Shown here: one piece after another, positions 1 through 13,023 of the stretch
Layout: each line of letters starts with the position of its first letter
Position numbering within the stretch: position 1 is the stretch's first letter
Source of the DNA: Macrostomum lignano
Taxonomy: Eukaryota
Direction of reading: 5' to 3'
Assembly: GCA_002269645.1 (NCBI GenBank)
Contig: NIVC01003543.1
Location: 1 to 64,000, forward strand
DNA: 64,000 nt
Made by a program: the position numbers and the translations under genes
Notes under the pieces: generated by a model
Databases searched by the model: none
Told to the model about the DNA's origin: nothing
The model's input: the letters and a program-made list of their open reading frames with translations, nothing else

Positions 1-946
1 ATTTAACTTTTTCTAAGAAACATCCCAGCACCAGCATAGAAAGACGCTAAGAATAAGCTTTGATCTCTGAATGACGTCAGTCTGTATCCAAGATAACATG
101 TAGCTCATTTGCCATTAAGCTAGATTGGCAACCGCGGCTTCATGCAGAAAGATAAAAGTAAGTTCGTGTCACTTTTGTCACTCAGTATTATTTATATTCA
201 TTGGCATACCTCGCTCGGTGTACAAGCATAACAAGGAATATTTTTCTAAACATTTGCTTGATCAACTATTATATAAACTATTACTTTATGAAGAGCTCTT
301 AAATTTGTGTTTTTGTTGCATTGTGATGTACAAAACAGTGAGACTGAACGCAGTTGTGTGTTTAATTATTTACACACTGGAATCAAGAAACAGAAATATA
401 GAAAGCAGTTCAAATAAAAGCACTACACAAAGAACTTATTTAAAAATTATTTAATCACGTTGCAAAAAAGGTGCTAGCAGGGTATGGAAGATCGAAGACA
501 TCGGGGAGGGGGCTGCCGTCGCGCTGTCCCAGCTGGGGAGGCGAATGTCCACGGGCAGGTCAGTGTGTTTCGCAAGTGTTGTGGTGTACCACCCTGTGAT
601 TAGACGTGTAGGCTCAAAGTTAAAGTCAAACTCTGTGTTTACACTGAGTCCGTTTCTGCTTCAGATGGATAATTTGCAAACTAAATATTTGTGATGTATA
701 GTAGCGCGTAGAATTAAAATAAATACTTCTATTGATATCTTTTCCTGAAAAACAGTGCTTTGTAAAATTTCTGAATCAGTAATATAGTGCTTATAATAAC
801 TTAGTTTAAATACACTAATCGCACAATTTCGAATTTGGTATTTGTGACCTTGAGGTTCGCGCGTTTCGTCAGTTCGTTCAGCTTAAAAAGGAGACAACAT
901 TTGCGAAATGTGTCTAGAAGCTTTATGACATAAAATAATTTTAAAC

Positions 947-3900
947 ATGGAGGGTAGTCTAGCTCACATAATTGCTGGCGGGTAAGTAACTTTCTACTTC
1001 TTTACACTTTAGGAAATTAGGACTTATAGGTCTTGTTCTTTATTATTAATATAAACTTCGCTTTCAGGCTTTTTAATCTTACCGTATCTATATACGAGCT
1101 ATAATATATTGTGTAGCATTTGAGAACTGGCTATTGACATTTTGCACTGGGGCGGATCCAGGTGGAGCCAAGGGGCCATGGCCATTTTCTGCATATGATT
1201 TGTGAAGATTACTGCATATAGTCTAGAGACATAGACATTGGTATAGATTTCCCTAATCCTAGTTGTAGTAGGGGTAAGTAAAGTAGGCTAGGCCTAATTA
1301 ACAATAATAGAACCTAGCCTTGTTGGAATTGGAATAAAGTCTTAAATGTTTCAGGCAGTGTCCAAAGTCCAAAGCACCCTAGAAGATTAGTGGACTTACA
1401 AAAACAAAATCAAAGCATTAAACATTAGTAGTGGTACTAGACACTTTAGTATAGAGGTTGGCAAACTCTGGTCCTTGATCCAGATCCAGCCTGTGACACC
1501 TTTAAGTCTCTCCTGCAGAATTCTTACTATCTAGCGATGTAAAAGTGGAAAATAAAAAGCTTCTTTTATTTTATTTTAAAAGAATGTAACTTAAATAAAT
1601 TTATTTAAATAAAATCTTTTCAGTTAAAAAGGCATTTTAACCTAATAAGCAAAATATTGTCAAAAACTTCAATATGAATTCATGAATATGTGCTATATTC
1701 TATTGTGAATATATAACATTAAACAGTTAACAAATAGGGAATTTAATGCTATGCACATATGTGCAAGTTCAAAGTTCTAAGATACTTCTATGTCATATTG
1801 TTCAAATTTTGAAGTTATAGTTGCAGTTTTAAATAAACAAATTGCTTTTATTTTTTACCTTTATGAAAGGCTTTGTCTTCAATTTTCAGTATATACATAT
1901 AATATAGTAAGGGTTAACAATATATAGTCAAGTAACAAAATTTGTCAACAATATAAAATATAAAAGTGCTAACAAATTTGATGTTAATGAAATTGATAGC
2001 TTTGCATATGACTACCTAGGACCTTATTGCATGTGGTGCATTTGGTAAATAATCAAATACCATATACATCATTATTATATTATTGTACAATATAGGAATT
2101 GTAGGCTTTGCTAAGTCTAATAACTTTTAGTGATAACATTTAATATTTATTAATTATAAATTCACAAGATATTGATATTGATACTAGGCCTATGCAATTC
2201 TCTTTTTAGTCTGTCTTTTAGACCCTCTATTGGTCCATTGGAATATAGTGTATGACATATGTTAGATCATACATGCGCAATAGTTGTCGAGTTGGCCGAT
2301 CCAGCCGACTGATTTGGCGGCCAACCAAGAAGTCGCAAAAATGCCCACCTGAAAAAAAAAAAAGTAGTAGTACTAAGTAGCTGATGAGGCATTTTGGCTT
2401 TATAAGACAGTCATAGTTACTCTTACCGTTTACCCAAAATTGCGTTAATTTTGCTTTCGGGTTTTTTTACATGTAATTCGCATTTTTGGCCAAAAACTAC
2501 ATCGCATTTTTGTTAAAACTAAGTCACACGGCTGACCGAATTTTGGAGGTTGCGCATGTATGTGTTAGATACATTCAAGTAGCTAGTACTTTGGAAGGAT
2601 TTGCATTGTCTTTACCATATATATAACCTTTAAAAGTATACTGAACACTGACCAAATGCAACTTAGTATTTTGACTAAAAATGGGACTTAGTTTTGTAAC
2701 CTATGCCAAAAATAAACTAAGAATTCATTTAATTTGTTGTCAAATGTGTAAAGAATTAAAAATATCCTAAAAAGTTATCAATTTTCATGACCCTTTGTTT
2801 ACCATCCACATTAGGTAGATTGGCTAGGTTAGCTGGCAGTTGTGCATATATATTGGACAGAAAGCATAAGTTTTTATCTAAAATCCCAATTGAAATTAAA
2901 AAAAATAAGACTTGTAACCTATTTAAAGCAAATTGTGCAATAGAAATGTAGCAAAATATAACTGTTTAAAATAAGGTTTAAGCTAAACACTTGACAATAT
3001 GAAACTATAATTTAATATTAGAGATTGGATGGGATACTGAACATCTGAAAAAAATACTTGTAGTACTTGCATCCTGTTCTATAGTCTCATCTTATCATTT
3101 AATTGATTCTGCCAGGGTTGCTGGTACCACTGGTGCCCTGTTCACTTCACCACTGGAAATTGTGAAGACCCGACTACAGGGCTCAGTGAACACCTGGTCA
3201 GGTCCTACAGCTGTGCTCAGTACAGCAGGAGCCGGGCCTCAGTCTCAGCTGTTAATTCAACAAGGCGGCTTAGCAGCCCGGCTCAGATATGTGCCCAGCA
3301 ACCACCTGTCAATCATGTCCTGCGTTCGTCATATTTACCGGGCCGAGGGCGCTAGGGCGCTGTTTAAAGGCCTCACAATGACCATCGCTGGCGTGCTGCC
3401 GTCTCGAGCAATCTACTTTGGCGCCTACTTTAATGGCCAAGAAATGTTTGCGCCAGCTTACGCCAAGGGCACGCATGGCAACGTGTTTGCCGCCTCGTCA
3501 TTTGCCAGCTTCGTGTCGTCCACGCTGACCAATCCGATTTGGTATGTCAAGACCCGGATGCAGCTCGATCAATCGTGAGTCGGACATTTCTTTACTGGCT
3601 TTGCTCAAAATGGCTTTTTATTGCTGCTTAGCTTGCTATCTGTCGCCTCCCAGATCCTCAGTTGCTGGGCCAGCCTCCCAGAGTGTCAGTTGCTGGGCCA
3701 GCCTCCCAGATCCTTTGTTGCTGGGCGAGCCTCCCAGTTCCTCAGTTGCTGGGCCAGCCTCACAGATCCTCAGTTTCTGGGCCAGCCTCCCAGATCCTTA
3801 GTTGCTGCGCGAGCCTCCCAGAGTGTCAGTTGCTGGGCCAGCCTCCCAGATCCTCAGTTGCTAGGCCAGTCTCCCAGATCCTCAGTTGCTGGGCCAGCCT

Positions 3901-6900
3901 CCCAGATCCTCAGTTTCTGGGCCAGCCTCCCAGATCCTTAGCTGCTGGGCGAGCCTCCCAGAGTGTCAGTTGCTGGGCCAGCCTCCCAGATCCTCAGTTG
4001 CTAGGCCAGTCTCCCAGATCCTCAGTTGCTGGGCCAGCCTCCCAGATCCTCAGCTGCTGGGCCAGCCTTCCAGATCCTCAGTTGCTGGACCAGCATTTCA
4101 GTTCCTCAGTTGCTGGGCCAGCCTCCCAGGTCCTCAATTGCTGGACCAGCATTTCAGTTCCTCAGTTGCTGGGCCAGCCTCCCAGAGTGTCAGTTGCTGC
4201 GTCATCACAATCACCCTCTCACGTTCTCAGATGTTGGATTGTCAAAGTCGCCTCCTAGTCATGTGGCAGCTCGCTTGAATTTATCTGTTTGAATTAGAAT
4301 ATGATAATAATTTTTACAGGATTTTTAACGTAGCGAAACGGCTATCCAGGGTTTCCAGGTGCTATCAGTAGTCCAACTGAACTGCAAGTGAAGTGTACAA
4401 AGTGTAACAGGGTTGTTATTGAGCTTTTGGGTCACGCTGTTTAGCTTTTAAGCGAATAGTGAAATGTAAGTTGGAATGCAGAATCGATAATTTTCTGCAG
4501 TATTTTTACAGAAAACAACCTAATTAGTTTAGAGCAACTTTACTAAGCAAGACCAGGAGACTAGCGTGACCGATGTACATTCGATGCTGTCACCTGATTC
4601 CATTTAGACTAACAAGTTTAACTAATAAAGTTTCCATGCATTAACCGCGTGAAATTTCGCCAAGCTGTTATGAAATTGGGAAAGTCGTATGCACGTAGCT
4701 TTTACAGCTTCTATTTTAATTAGTGTCTGGCATAGTCTGCCATTATGGCGGGTTTTGGGTTCGTGTACAGGCAAGTACTGCGTGACCTTGTTTAACTCTA
4801 ACTGGGGGTGTCTGGTAATGGTGGTAACTTAAGCTGGGAATTCCCTCGTCACGCAGTATTCTCGTGCTCTTGCATAGTTTGTTGGCTTTGGTACCTTGCC
4901 CTGCTTTGCACTTTTATGCTGTTGTAGTTAGCTGAAGTGAGTCAGTGGCCACTTGTTTGAATTTCGTGTGGAAAGTAGAGTCTTCAACGCAATCAAATAT
5001 TACCTAGTTAGCAGAGACCTACTAAACCAGAGGGTCACCAGGGACTCACTGAAGAATCTGAGGGTCACCAGGGACTCGCTAAAGAATCTGAGGGTCACCA
5101 CGGGCTCTCTGAAGAATCTGAGAGGCACCAGGGACTCGCTGAAGAATCTGAGGGTCACCAGGGACTCTCTGAAGAATCTGAGGGTCACCAGGGACTCGCT
5201 GAAGAATCTGAGGGTCACCAGGGATTCGCTGAAGAATCTGAGGGTCACCAGGGACTCGCTGAAGAATCTGAGGGTCACCACGGGCTCTCTGAAGAATCTG
5301 GTGGTAACCAGGAACAATCAGTGAGTCGCAGTGACCCAGTGAACAATCAGTGAGTCAGCAGTGACCCAGTGAGCAATCAGTGAGTCAGCAGTGACCCAGT
5401 GAGCAATCAGTGAGTCAGCGTGACCCAGTGAGCAATCAGTGAGTCAGCAGTGACCCAGTGAACAATCAGTGAGTCAGCAGTGACCAAGTGATCAATCAGT
5501 GAGTCAGCAGTGACCCACTAAACAATCAGTGAGTCAGCAGTGAACCAGTAAACAATCAGTGAGTCTGCAGTGACCCAGTGAGCAATCAGTGAGTCAGCAG
5601 TGACCCACCAAAGAACGAGTGTTAACAGTGAATTAGCAAATGGAGTCAACTACAGATCTGAACCCATCATTGCATCTCACCAATTATCCCCCCCCAGACC
5701 GTCGGCCAAGTCCCTGACAGTGTGGCAGTGCACCGTTGACACCTGGCGTCGTGGCGGCTTCTTCGCCTTCTTCAAAGGCATTCAAGCCTCCTACATCGGC
5801 ATAGTGGAGACTTCGCTTCAGTTTGTACTCTACGAGCATCTCAAACGAAACTTAATGCAAATGTCGCGGGGCGCCGATTCCAGCGCTAATCGTGATTTGA
5901 CTTTAACTAGCGCCGACGATGTCCTTTACTGCACTCTTGCTAGCGGCATATCAAAGACTGTGTCCACTGTTACCTGCTATCCGCACGGTGAGTTATTGGT
6001 TTAATTGCCAAACTGGAAATGTCGGACTGGCATCTTATGAGCTGGCTTTATTAGCGTCAGACATCACTGATACCCTGTTAACCTCCTCCCCTGACACCTT
6101 GTTGACCTCTCTCCCCTCCCCTGACACCTTGTTGACCTCTCTCCCCTCCCCTGACACCTTGTTGACCTCTCTCCCCTCCCCTGACACCTTTTTGACCTCT
6201 CTCCCCTCCCCTGACACCTTGTTGACCTCCCTCCCCTCCCCTGACACCTTGTTGACCTCACTCCCCTCCCCTGACACCTTGTTGACGTCTCTCCCCTCCC
6301 CTGACACCTTGTTGACCTCTCTCCCCTCCCCTGACACCTTGTTGACCTCCCTCCCCTCCCCTGACACCTTGTTGACCTCTCTCCCCTCCCCTGACACCTT
6401 GTTGACCTCCCTCCCCTCCCCTGAAAACCTTGTTGACCTCCCTCCCCTCCCCTGACACCTTGTTGACCTCTCTCCCCTCCCCTGACACCTTTTTGACCTC
6501 TCTCCCCTCCCCTCCCCTGACACCTTTTTGACCTCTCTCCCCTCTCCTGACACCTTGTTGACCTCTCCCCCCTCCCCTGACACCTTGTTGACCTTCCCTT
6601 TCTTTTTCCTGACACCTTGTTGACCTTCCCTTTCTTTTTCCTGACACCTTGTTGACCTTCCCTTTCTTTTTCCTGACACCTTGTTGACCTCTCCCCCCTC
6701 CCCTGACACCTTGTTGACCTTCCCTTCCCTTTCCTGACACCTTGTTGACCTTCCCTTCCCTTTCCTGACACCTTGTTGACATTCCCTTCCCTTTCCTGAC
6801 ACCTTGTTGACCTTCCCTTCCCTTTCCTGACACCTTGTTGACCTTCCCTTCCCTTTCCTGACACCTTGTTGACCTTCCCTTCCCTTTCCTGACACCTTGT

Positions 6901-9392
6901 TGACCTTCCCTTCCCTTTCCTGACACCTTGTTGACCTTCCCTTCCCTTTCCTGACACCTTGTTGACCTTCCCTTCCCTTTCCTGACACCTTGTTGACCTT
7001 CCCTTCCCTTTCCTGACACCTTGTTGACCTTCCCTTCCCTTTCCTGACACCTTGTTGACCTTCCCTTCCCTTTCCTGACACCTTGTTGACCTTCCCTTCC
7101 CTTTCCTGACACCTTGTTGACCTTCCTCCCCTCCCCTGACACCTTGTTGACCTTCCCTTCCATTTCCTGACACCTTGTTGACCTTCCCTTCCATTTCCTG
7201 ACACCTTGTTGACCTTCCCTTCCATTTCCTGACACCTTGTTGACCTTCCTCCCCTCCCCTGACACCTTGTTGACCTTCCTCCCCCCCTGACACCACTGTG
7301 GTCTCCCCTCCCCTGATACCACTGTAGTCTCCCCTCCTGACACCATTGTGGTCTCTCCTCCCCTGACACCATTGTGGTCTCCCCTCCGCTGCGCGGATAG
7401 CAGTGTTTAGTTTCAGTATTCATATTTAATTTTGACTCCCTGCGTAATTGACAGGTCACGTGATTTCAGTTAGATATTCCACCCCCATAGCTGTGTGGGT
7501 GTGGCACATAGCAAAGAATACAAATGGAGGGTGTGTTTCGCTTTCAGAATTGGCCTTGAATGTTCTGAATTTAATGGGTTAGAGAAAGAGAGAGAGAGAG
7601 AGAGAGAGCGTCAGGACAAGGGGAGTGCCGCACTGGCGCACACACCTTTCGTTTCGCATATTGCGTTCAATTAAAGTTTGCTCGCACTCGCTCTGCTCTG
7701 TATCGCATTTACTAGCGTAGCTGTGTTCAGCTAAAGATATCGACTATTCGATTGCATTACAAATATTTTAGTAGTACTGTGGTCTGAGATTCGGAGTTCT
7801 CATTTAAAATAATAATTTAGTATAGGAGAATCACGAGTCTATCTAAGCTGGTTCTGTCTCACTGCCAGAGTACAGTCGGTGTACGCAAAAATGCATTTTT
7901 GAGTTTGGCTGCCCACATAATAGGAGAGAGGAATCCAGTCTCAATTTGATGCAGACTCAAACTGGTTTTCCACTGCTTTGGAGATGTGAAATCTCTAGCT
8001 CTGTAAGCCTCTCCTAGTTTCTAACTAATTGTTTATACTAGATAGACCATTTCTTAGGCTAGGAATTATTTGAAAACAATTTTAACTAAGACGCTCATAA
8101 GATTGCAAAACAATAAAGCGCATAAAAATAATAGAATAGTAATAAACTTTTAAGACTAGGAAATAACGCATTTATTGTTGTTTTTCATAAAATTCAAAAG
8201 CGTTTCCTCTGATCTGAATCGATAGCAAATGCTTTTTTACTATAATCATTCCACATGTTTTTCCCCGAAGTTTCCAGTTTTCATTTTGCTACTAATCTAT
8301 TTATTGGGAGCCTTATAGTGTACATGTTGGACTTTCAGTCTAAAAATAGCTTCTTTCCCAGTTGCTCGATATTTACGAACGCTTTCTGGGAAATTTATAA
8401 GGGAAAGAAATAGTGGGTGCGTTTTTGAAGACGTCTTTTACTGTACATTTGTTGATTGGCGTTTCCTCATTTGTCCGGATTTTTTTACGTTTTTAGGCCA
8501 GAGAAAAGAAGAAGGAAAGGTCGAGGACTCGAGGGCGTTTAGTGCGGGAAAACATGGGGCCACACCCACCGAAAATTTACGTCAGTCAAACGGAGGGGGC
8601 CAGGAAAGAAAAAATAAACTTTCCGGCAGAGGTCTGCTTTGTACAGGGCGTGCCGCGTCGTATGTACACTGCCTTCGATGTACATTTAAGAAAGCGTCCA
8701 CTTTGATTAGATTTTCCTTACCCTCCTTTGGAATGGAATGAAATAGAAGGCGAAGAGAAGCTAGCTGAACCCCCCGTCGCGCGCGGTCGTAAACCCCCCC
8801 ACTCCCCGTCCCCCTTACCCCCGATGCCTCCCTTAGCCAGCTATTTTACTCTTCTCCGTCCCTCTGCACTTTAACCGGCGCTCACGCGACCGGTTTCGCC
8901 CGGCCTTGCAGTGACACTCAAAATGTGGCTAGTGGGTAAAATTGTCTCAGATTTTCTTTTAATATTTTTTTTCGGGCCAGAGAACGGTTAGGCGCTATAG
9001 GACAAGTAAAGTCTGACCCACTCCTATACTGCACACTCCTTTAGCTGAATCAAATAAATGACACGCGGCAAGTGTTTATAATGTTCGCGATTTAAAATAA
9101 AGGACATTGTGAACTTTTATATTCAGGTTTAAGCCATACACTGGTGACCATAAATAGTTACCGTTTTCTTTTTCCGATTACAGAAGTGCTTCGCACGCGT
9201 CTACGCCAAGAGGGCAGCCGATACCATGGCCTGGCCCAGTCTCTGCGCCTCATCGTACACGAAGAGGGCTTTTGGGCATTGTACAAAGGCATGCTAACTC
9301 ACTTTGTACGCCAGATACCCAACACATGCATCGTGCTGACTACGTACGAGGCAAGTCTGCATTTGTTTCGGGCAAAAAATGTTTTATTATAG
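947..9392 (+). CDS. SLC25A36: Mitochondrial pyrimidine nucleotide carrier (SLC25A33/SLC25A36, Rim2 family), 4 exons, 330 aa
   Basis: Exons 947-981, 3116-3574, 5698-5987 and 9184-9392 all have GT..AG boundaries with matching phases, and total 993 nt. Carrier signatures PLEIVKTRLQ, NPIWYVKTRMQ and YPHEVLRTRLRQEG are present; the last is split across exons 3 and 4. The family call is from recognition of these motifs. SLC25A33 and SLC25A36 cannot be distinguished. Confidence 0.93.
1147..1183 (+). mobile_element. Solo 5' fragment of the GGGGCGGATCCAG MITE family
   Basis: ggggcggatccaggtggagccaaggggccatggcc matches the left end of the complete MITE at 30936-31118. No right end was found nearby. 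Confidence 0.6.
2268..2562. mobile_element. hAT-like MITE in SLC25A36 intron 1
   Basis: 13-bp TIR CATACATGCGCAA / TTGCGCATGTATG with a perfect 8-bp TSD TGTTAGAT (2260-2267 and 2563-2570). An 8-bp TSD is typical of hAT elements. Confidence 0.85.
3645..4200. repeat. 28-bp minisatellite (CTCAGTTGCTGGGCCAGCCTCCCAGATC)n in SLC25A36 intron 2
   Basis: Tandem units are visible directly. The overlapping ORFs are repeat artefacts. Confidence 0.95.
5027..5312. repeat. 30-bp minisatellite (GGGTCACCAGGGACTCGCTGAAGAATCTGA)n in intron 2
   Basis: Exact 30-bp period (GAAGAATCTG-type at 5051, 5081 ... 5291). Confidence 0.95.
5313..5605. repeat. 30-bp minisatellite (CAGTGACCCAGTGAGCAATCAGTGAGTCAG)n in intron 2
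   Basis: About 10 tandem units directly abutting the previous array. Confidence 0.95.
6065..7385. repeat. 30-31 bp pyrimidine-rich minisatellite (CCCTGACACCTTGTTGACCTCTCTCCCCTC)n in intron 3
   Basis: About 40 units with a constant CCTGACACCTTGTTGACC core and a linker that changes along the array. Confidence 0.95.
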
Positions 9393-10019
9393 TGGAGACA
9401 GCTAGCTTGGATAGCACTACCAGCCTCATCAACTCAAATGAGTTGCTTCTTGTCGCAGAACGAAGCAAAGCGCAACTTGGCGTTGATACACTTCAAATTG
9501 ATTTTGCTTGTTGTAATCGCGCAGGAGAATCAATATTTAACTGTAAAACTTTAATTTTCTTGCTTGCTTTACTTACGTGGCAGATGCTTTCTGTTACATC
9601 AATTCATCCATCCAGTGTCGTTTGTGTTTATTTTATTGCTTTTTTCCACATATTTTCATAAACCATATCTCTTGCGTTTGTACTAATAATGTTATAAATG
9701 ATTCTTCCGCTGCAATAAAATCATTTCAATACGTTTCAGTTCAAGTTATTTTGTTCCTGATCTTACTTAATGCGCTGCTTACTCAAGCTTTTCTGATGCC
9801 TGTCTGCGAGGCTGGACTAATTTTATCGATTTTCGATATTGGGGCAATTTCAGATTGGAGGCCAACACCGAAACCTGGTCAAGTTTTAAAGAAAATATTC
9901 AAAACCTTCATTTGATAGCTCTTAACATTGGTTTGGTTTGCATTGTTGATAGTCTATGCTTTCCAAATGTCCTGAAATTGGTTCACCACCACAACAGACT
10001 GTCACAAATTGAATGCCGA

Positions 10020-10385
10020 AACTAAACCCTATCCTAAACCCTAACCTAAACCTCATCCTAGACCCTATCCTAAACCCTAACCTAAACCTCATCCTAAACC
10101 CTATCCTAAACCCTAACCTAAACCCTATCCTAAACCCTAACCTAAACCTCATCCTAAACCCTATCCTAAACCCTAACCTAAACCTCATCCTAAACCCTAT
10201 CCTAAACCCTAACCTAAACCTCATCCTAAACCCTATCCTAAACCCTAACCTAAACCTCATCCTAAACCCTATCCTAAACCCTAACCTAAACCTCATCCTA
10301 AACCCTATCCTAAACCCTAACCTAAACCTCATCCTAAACCCTAACCTAAAGCTCATCCTAAACCCTATCCTAAACTCTAACCTAA
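10020..10385. repeat. Telomere-like 36-bp repeat made of three 12-bp subunits (CTAAACCCTATC CTAAACCCTAAC CTAAACCTCATC)n
   Basis: About 10 units containing CCCTAA and AAACCCT motifs. Confidence 0.9.
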
Positions 10386-11284
10386 ATAGTCGGCAGTTAA
10401 TTGTCGTACCCCCCGGAATAGCTAAAGTTGGTCTTTGACCTCCCTATGCGCGCTTTTCCATATTTGAAAAAAATCTGACCTCTCAGCAACCTTGGAATTT
10501 TTGTGTGTAAACAAACGAACGATAAGTTCTGTTGGTCTATGTATTAATACTAATATTAGAAAATGCAGAGAAACAGACTACTAATGCCAGTAGGAGCTAT
10601 CGTGTTTTTTGTTTATATAATTTGCCGCCTTGATTTACTGTCTCAAGTTGTGTCTGAATTGTATAGTTTTCCCTCGTTTTCCTAATGGATTATTTACTAA
10701 TTAATTTTTGTGCAACAGTTGAATTTTGGCGAGAGTCATTGCTTGCGCGTTACTATAAAGAATAGCAGAGTTTGCAACTAACTGTTTTTCTTTCACCTGT
10801 TGCTTGCGAGCAAATTGTCAAAGAAGAGAAGAAAGATATTCCCATCGCGCGTTGCGCCTTACCTGCCATTTTCCAAGGCTCATTTATCTTGCTTCTATGT
10901 CCGCGACTGACTACTGCTGGCTCTCCTGCCTGCCATTTTTATTTTTGCGCAAAGGTTGCGGCCAATTCGGTTTTCTGTGCATCCATGTGGTCCCTCTGGG
11001 GTCCTAGCACTGACTCACTGACTCTTTGGACTGACTTTGCAGAGACCAAGCACAATATATTTACAAATATATATGATAAGCCCATAAAGGGTTTATTGAC
11101 ATCAGCAACTGTGTTTTCATTAATAAACTCTCTCAAGTAGTTTTTAAATATTGTTTTTAACGTCATTTCCTATTTAGATGGAACATCTACTTACTATTCA
11201 CGTGCGAGTAGTATGGGGTGGGTTTGACCTAAAATCAGATACTAAGATTTATCTGTCTTTCAGTAACTCCACTCCTTCAGTAAT

Positions 11285-12760
11285 TGAATCAGCCTCTCCG
11301 CTCCATCAATACCCATAAATTTGCCTCTCCGCTCCATCAATATCCTTGAATCAACCTCTCTGCTCCATCACCTTGAATCAGTCTCTCGGCTCCATCAATA
11401 TCCTTAAATCAGCCTTTCCGCTCCATCAATATCATTGCATCAGCCTTTCCGCTCCATCAATATCCTTAAATCAGCCTTTCCGCTCCATCAATATCCTTAA
11501 ATCAGCCTTTCCGCTCCATCAATATCCTTAAATCAGCCTTTCCGCTCCATCAATATCCTTTAATCAGCCTTTCCGCTCCATCAATATCCTTGAATCAGCC
11601 TCTCAGCTCCATCAATATCATTGAATCAGCCTCTCAGCTCCATCACCTTGAATGAGCCCCTCGGCTCCATCAATATCCTTGAATCAGCCTCGGCTCCATC
11701 AATATCCTTGAATCAGCCCCTCGGCTCCATCAATATCCTTGAATCAGCCTCTCAGCTCCATCAATATCCTTGAATCAGCCTCTCAGCTCCATCAATATCA
11801 TTGAATCAGCCTCTCAGCTCCATCAATATCATTGAATCAGCCTCTCAGCTCCATCAATATCATTGAATCAGCCTCTCAGCTCCATCAATATCATTGAATC
11901 AGCCTCTCAGCTCCATCACCTTGAATGAGCCCCTCGGCTCCATCAATATCCTTGAATGAGCCCCTCGGCTCCATCAATATCCTTGAATCAGCCCCTCGGC
12001 TCCATCAATATCCTTGAATCAGCCCCTCGGCTCCATCAATATCCTTGAATCAGCCTCTGCTCCATCACTATCCTTGAATCAGCCTCGGCTCCATCAATAT
12101 CCTTGAATCAGCCCCTCGGCTCCATCAATATCATTGAATCAGCCTCTCAGCTCCATCAATATCATTGAATCAGCCTCTCAGCTCCATCAATATCATTGAA
12201 TCAGCCTCTCAGCTCCATCACCTTGAATGAGCCCCTCGGCTCCATCAATATCCTTGAATGAGCCCCTCGGCTCCATCAATATCCTTGAATCAGCCCCTCG
12301 GCTCCATCAATATCCTTGAATCAGCCCCTCGGCTCCATCAATATCCTTGAATCAGCCTCTGCTCCATCACTATCCTTGAATCTGCCTCGGCTCCATCAAT
12401 ATCCTTGAATCAGCCCCTCGGCTCCATCAATATCCTTGAATGAGCCCCTCGGCTCCATCAATATCCTTGAATCAGCCCCTCGGCTCCATCAATATCCTTG
12501 AATCAGCCTCTGCTCCATCACTATCCTTGAATCAGCCCCTCGGCTCCATCAATATCCTTGAATCAGCCCCTCGGCTCCATCAATATCCTTGAATCAGCCC
12601 CTCGGCTCCATCAATATCCTTGAATCAGCCCCTCGGCTCCATCAATATCCTTGAATCAGCCCCTCGGCTCCATCAATATCATTGAATCAGCCTCTGCTCC
12701 ATCGCCTTTGAATCAGCCTCTGGTCCATCAGTATCCTTGGATCAGCCTCTCCGCTCCATC
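11285..12760. repeat. ~31-bp intergenic minisatellite (AATCAGCCCCTCGGCTCCATCAATATCCTTG)n
   Basis: About 47 tandem units, seen directly. Confidence 0.95.
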
Positions 12761-13023
12761 AGTGCTGAATTCGAAGTCAGTTTATCCAAAAATTTCATGA
12801 GTCGTACAGAAAATGAACGTACTGTAGCTTATGCCTGCCTGAGTGAAACTGGCAGCTTATTATAGTTTGCCAAGCGCATTACCGCCTCATCAATTGCTGA
12901 TTAAACAGTTGGTATATTTCTCAACCGACAAAACAAGAGCACACAGGGGCGGAGCATAGCGAATTAAACAGTTTCAATTTATATAGTTTGTCTGTTGTGG
13001 AAAATATCTGGCGCAGTGTTCAA

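Noticed and set aside
124-600. Exon-like segments 124-157 and 481-558 with AG/GT boundaries in a small GC-rich island
   Set aside because: Joining them gives no recognisable protein. They could be UTR exons or part of a gene outside the window, but this is unsupported.
1452-1497. Fragment resembling a hAT-Charlie terminus (AGGTTGGCAAACTCTGGTCC...GATCCAGCC)
   Set aside because: Short and degenerate, with no partner end or TSD.
6035-7459. Long minus-strand ORFs of 362-474 aa, and similar ORFs at 3544-4292, 4953-5324, 9922-10438, 17679-18137 and 47136-47776
   Set aside because: These are translations of minisatellites, mostly inside introns of well-supported genes.
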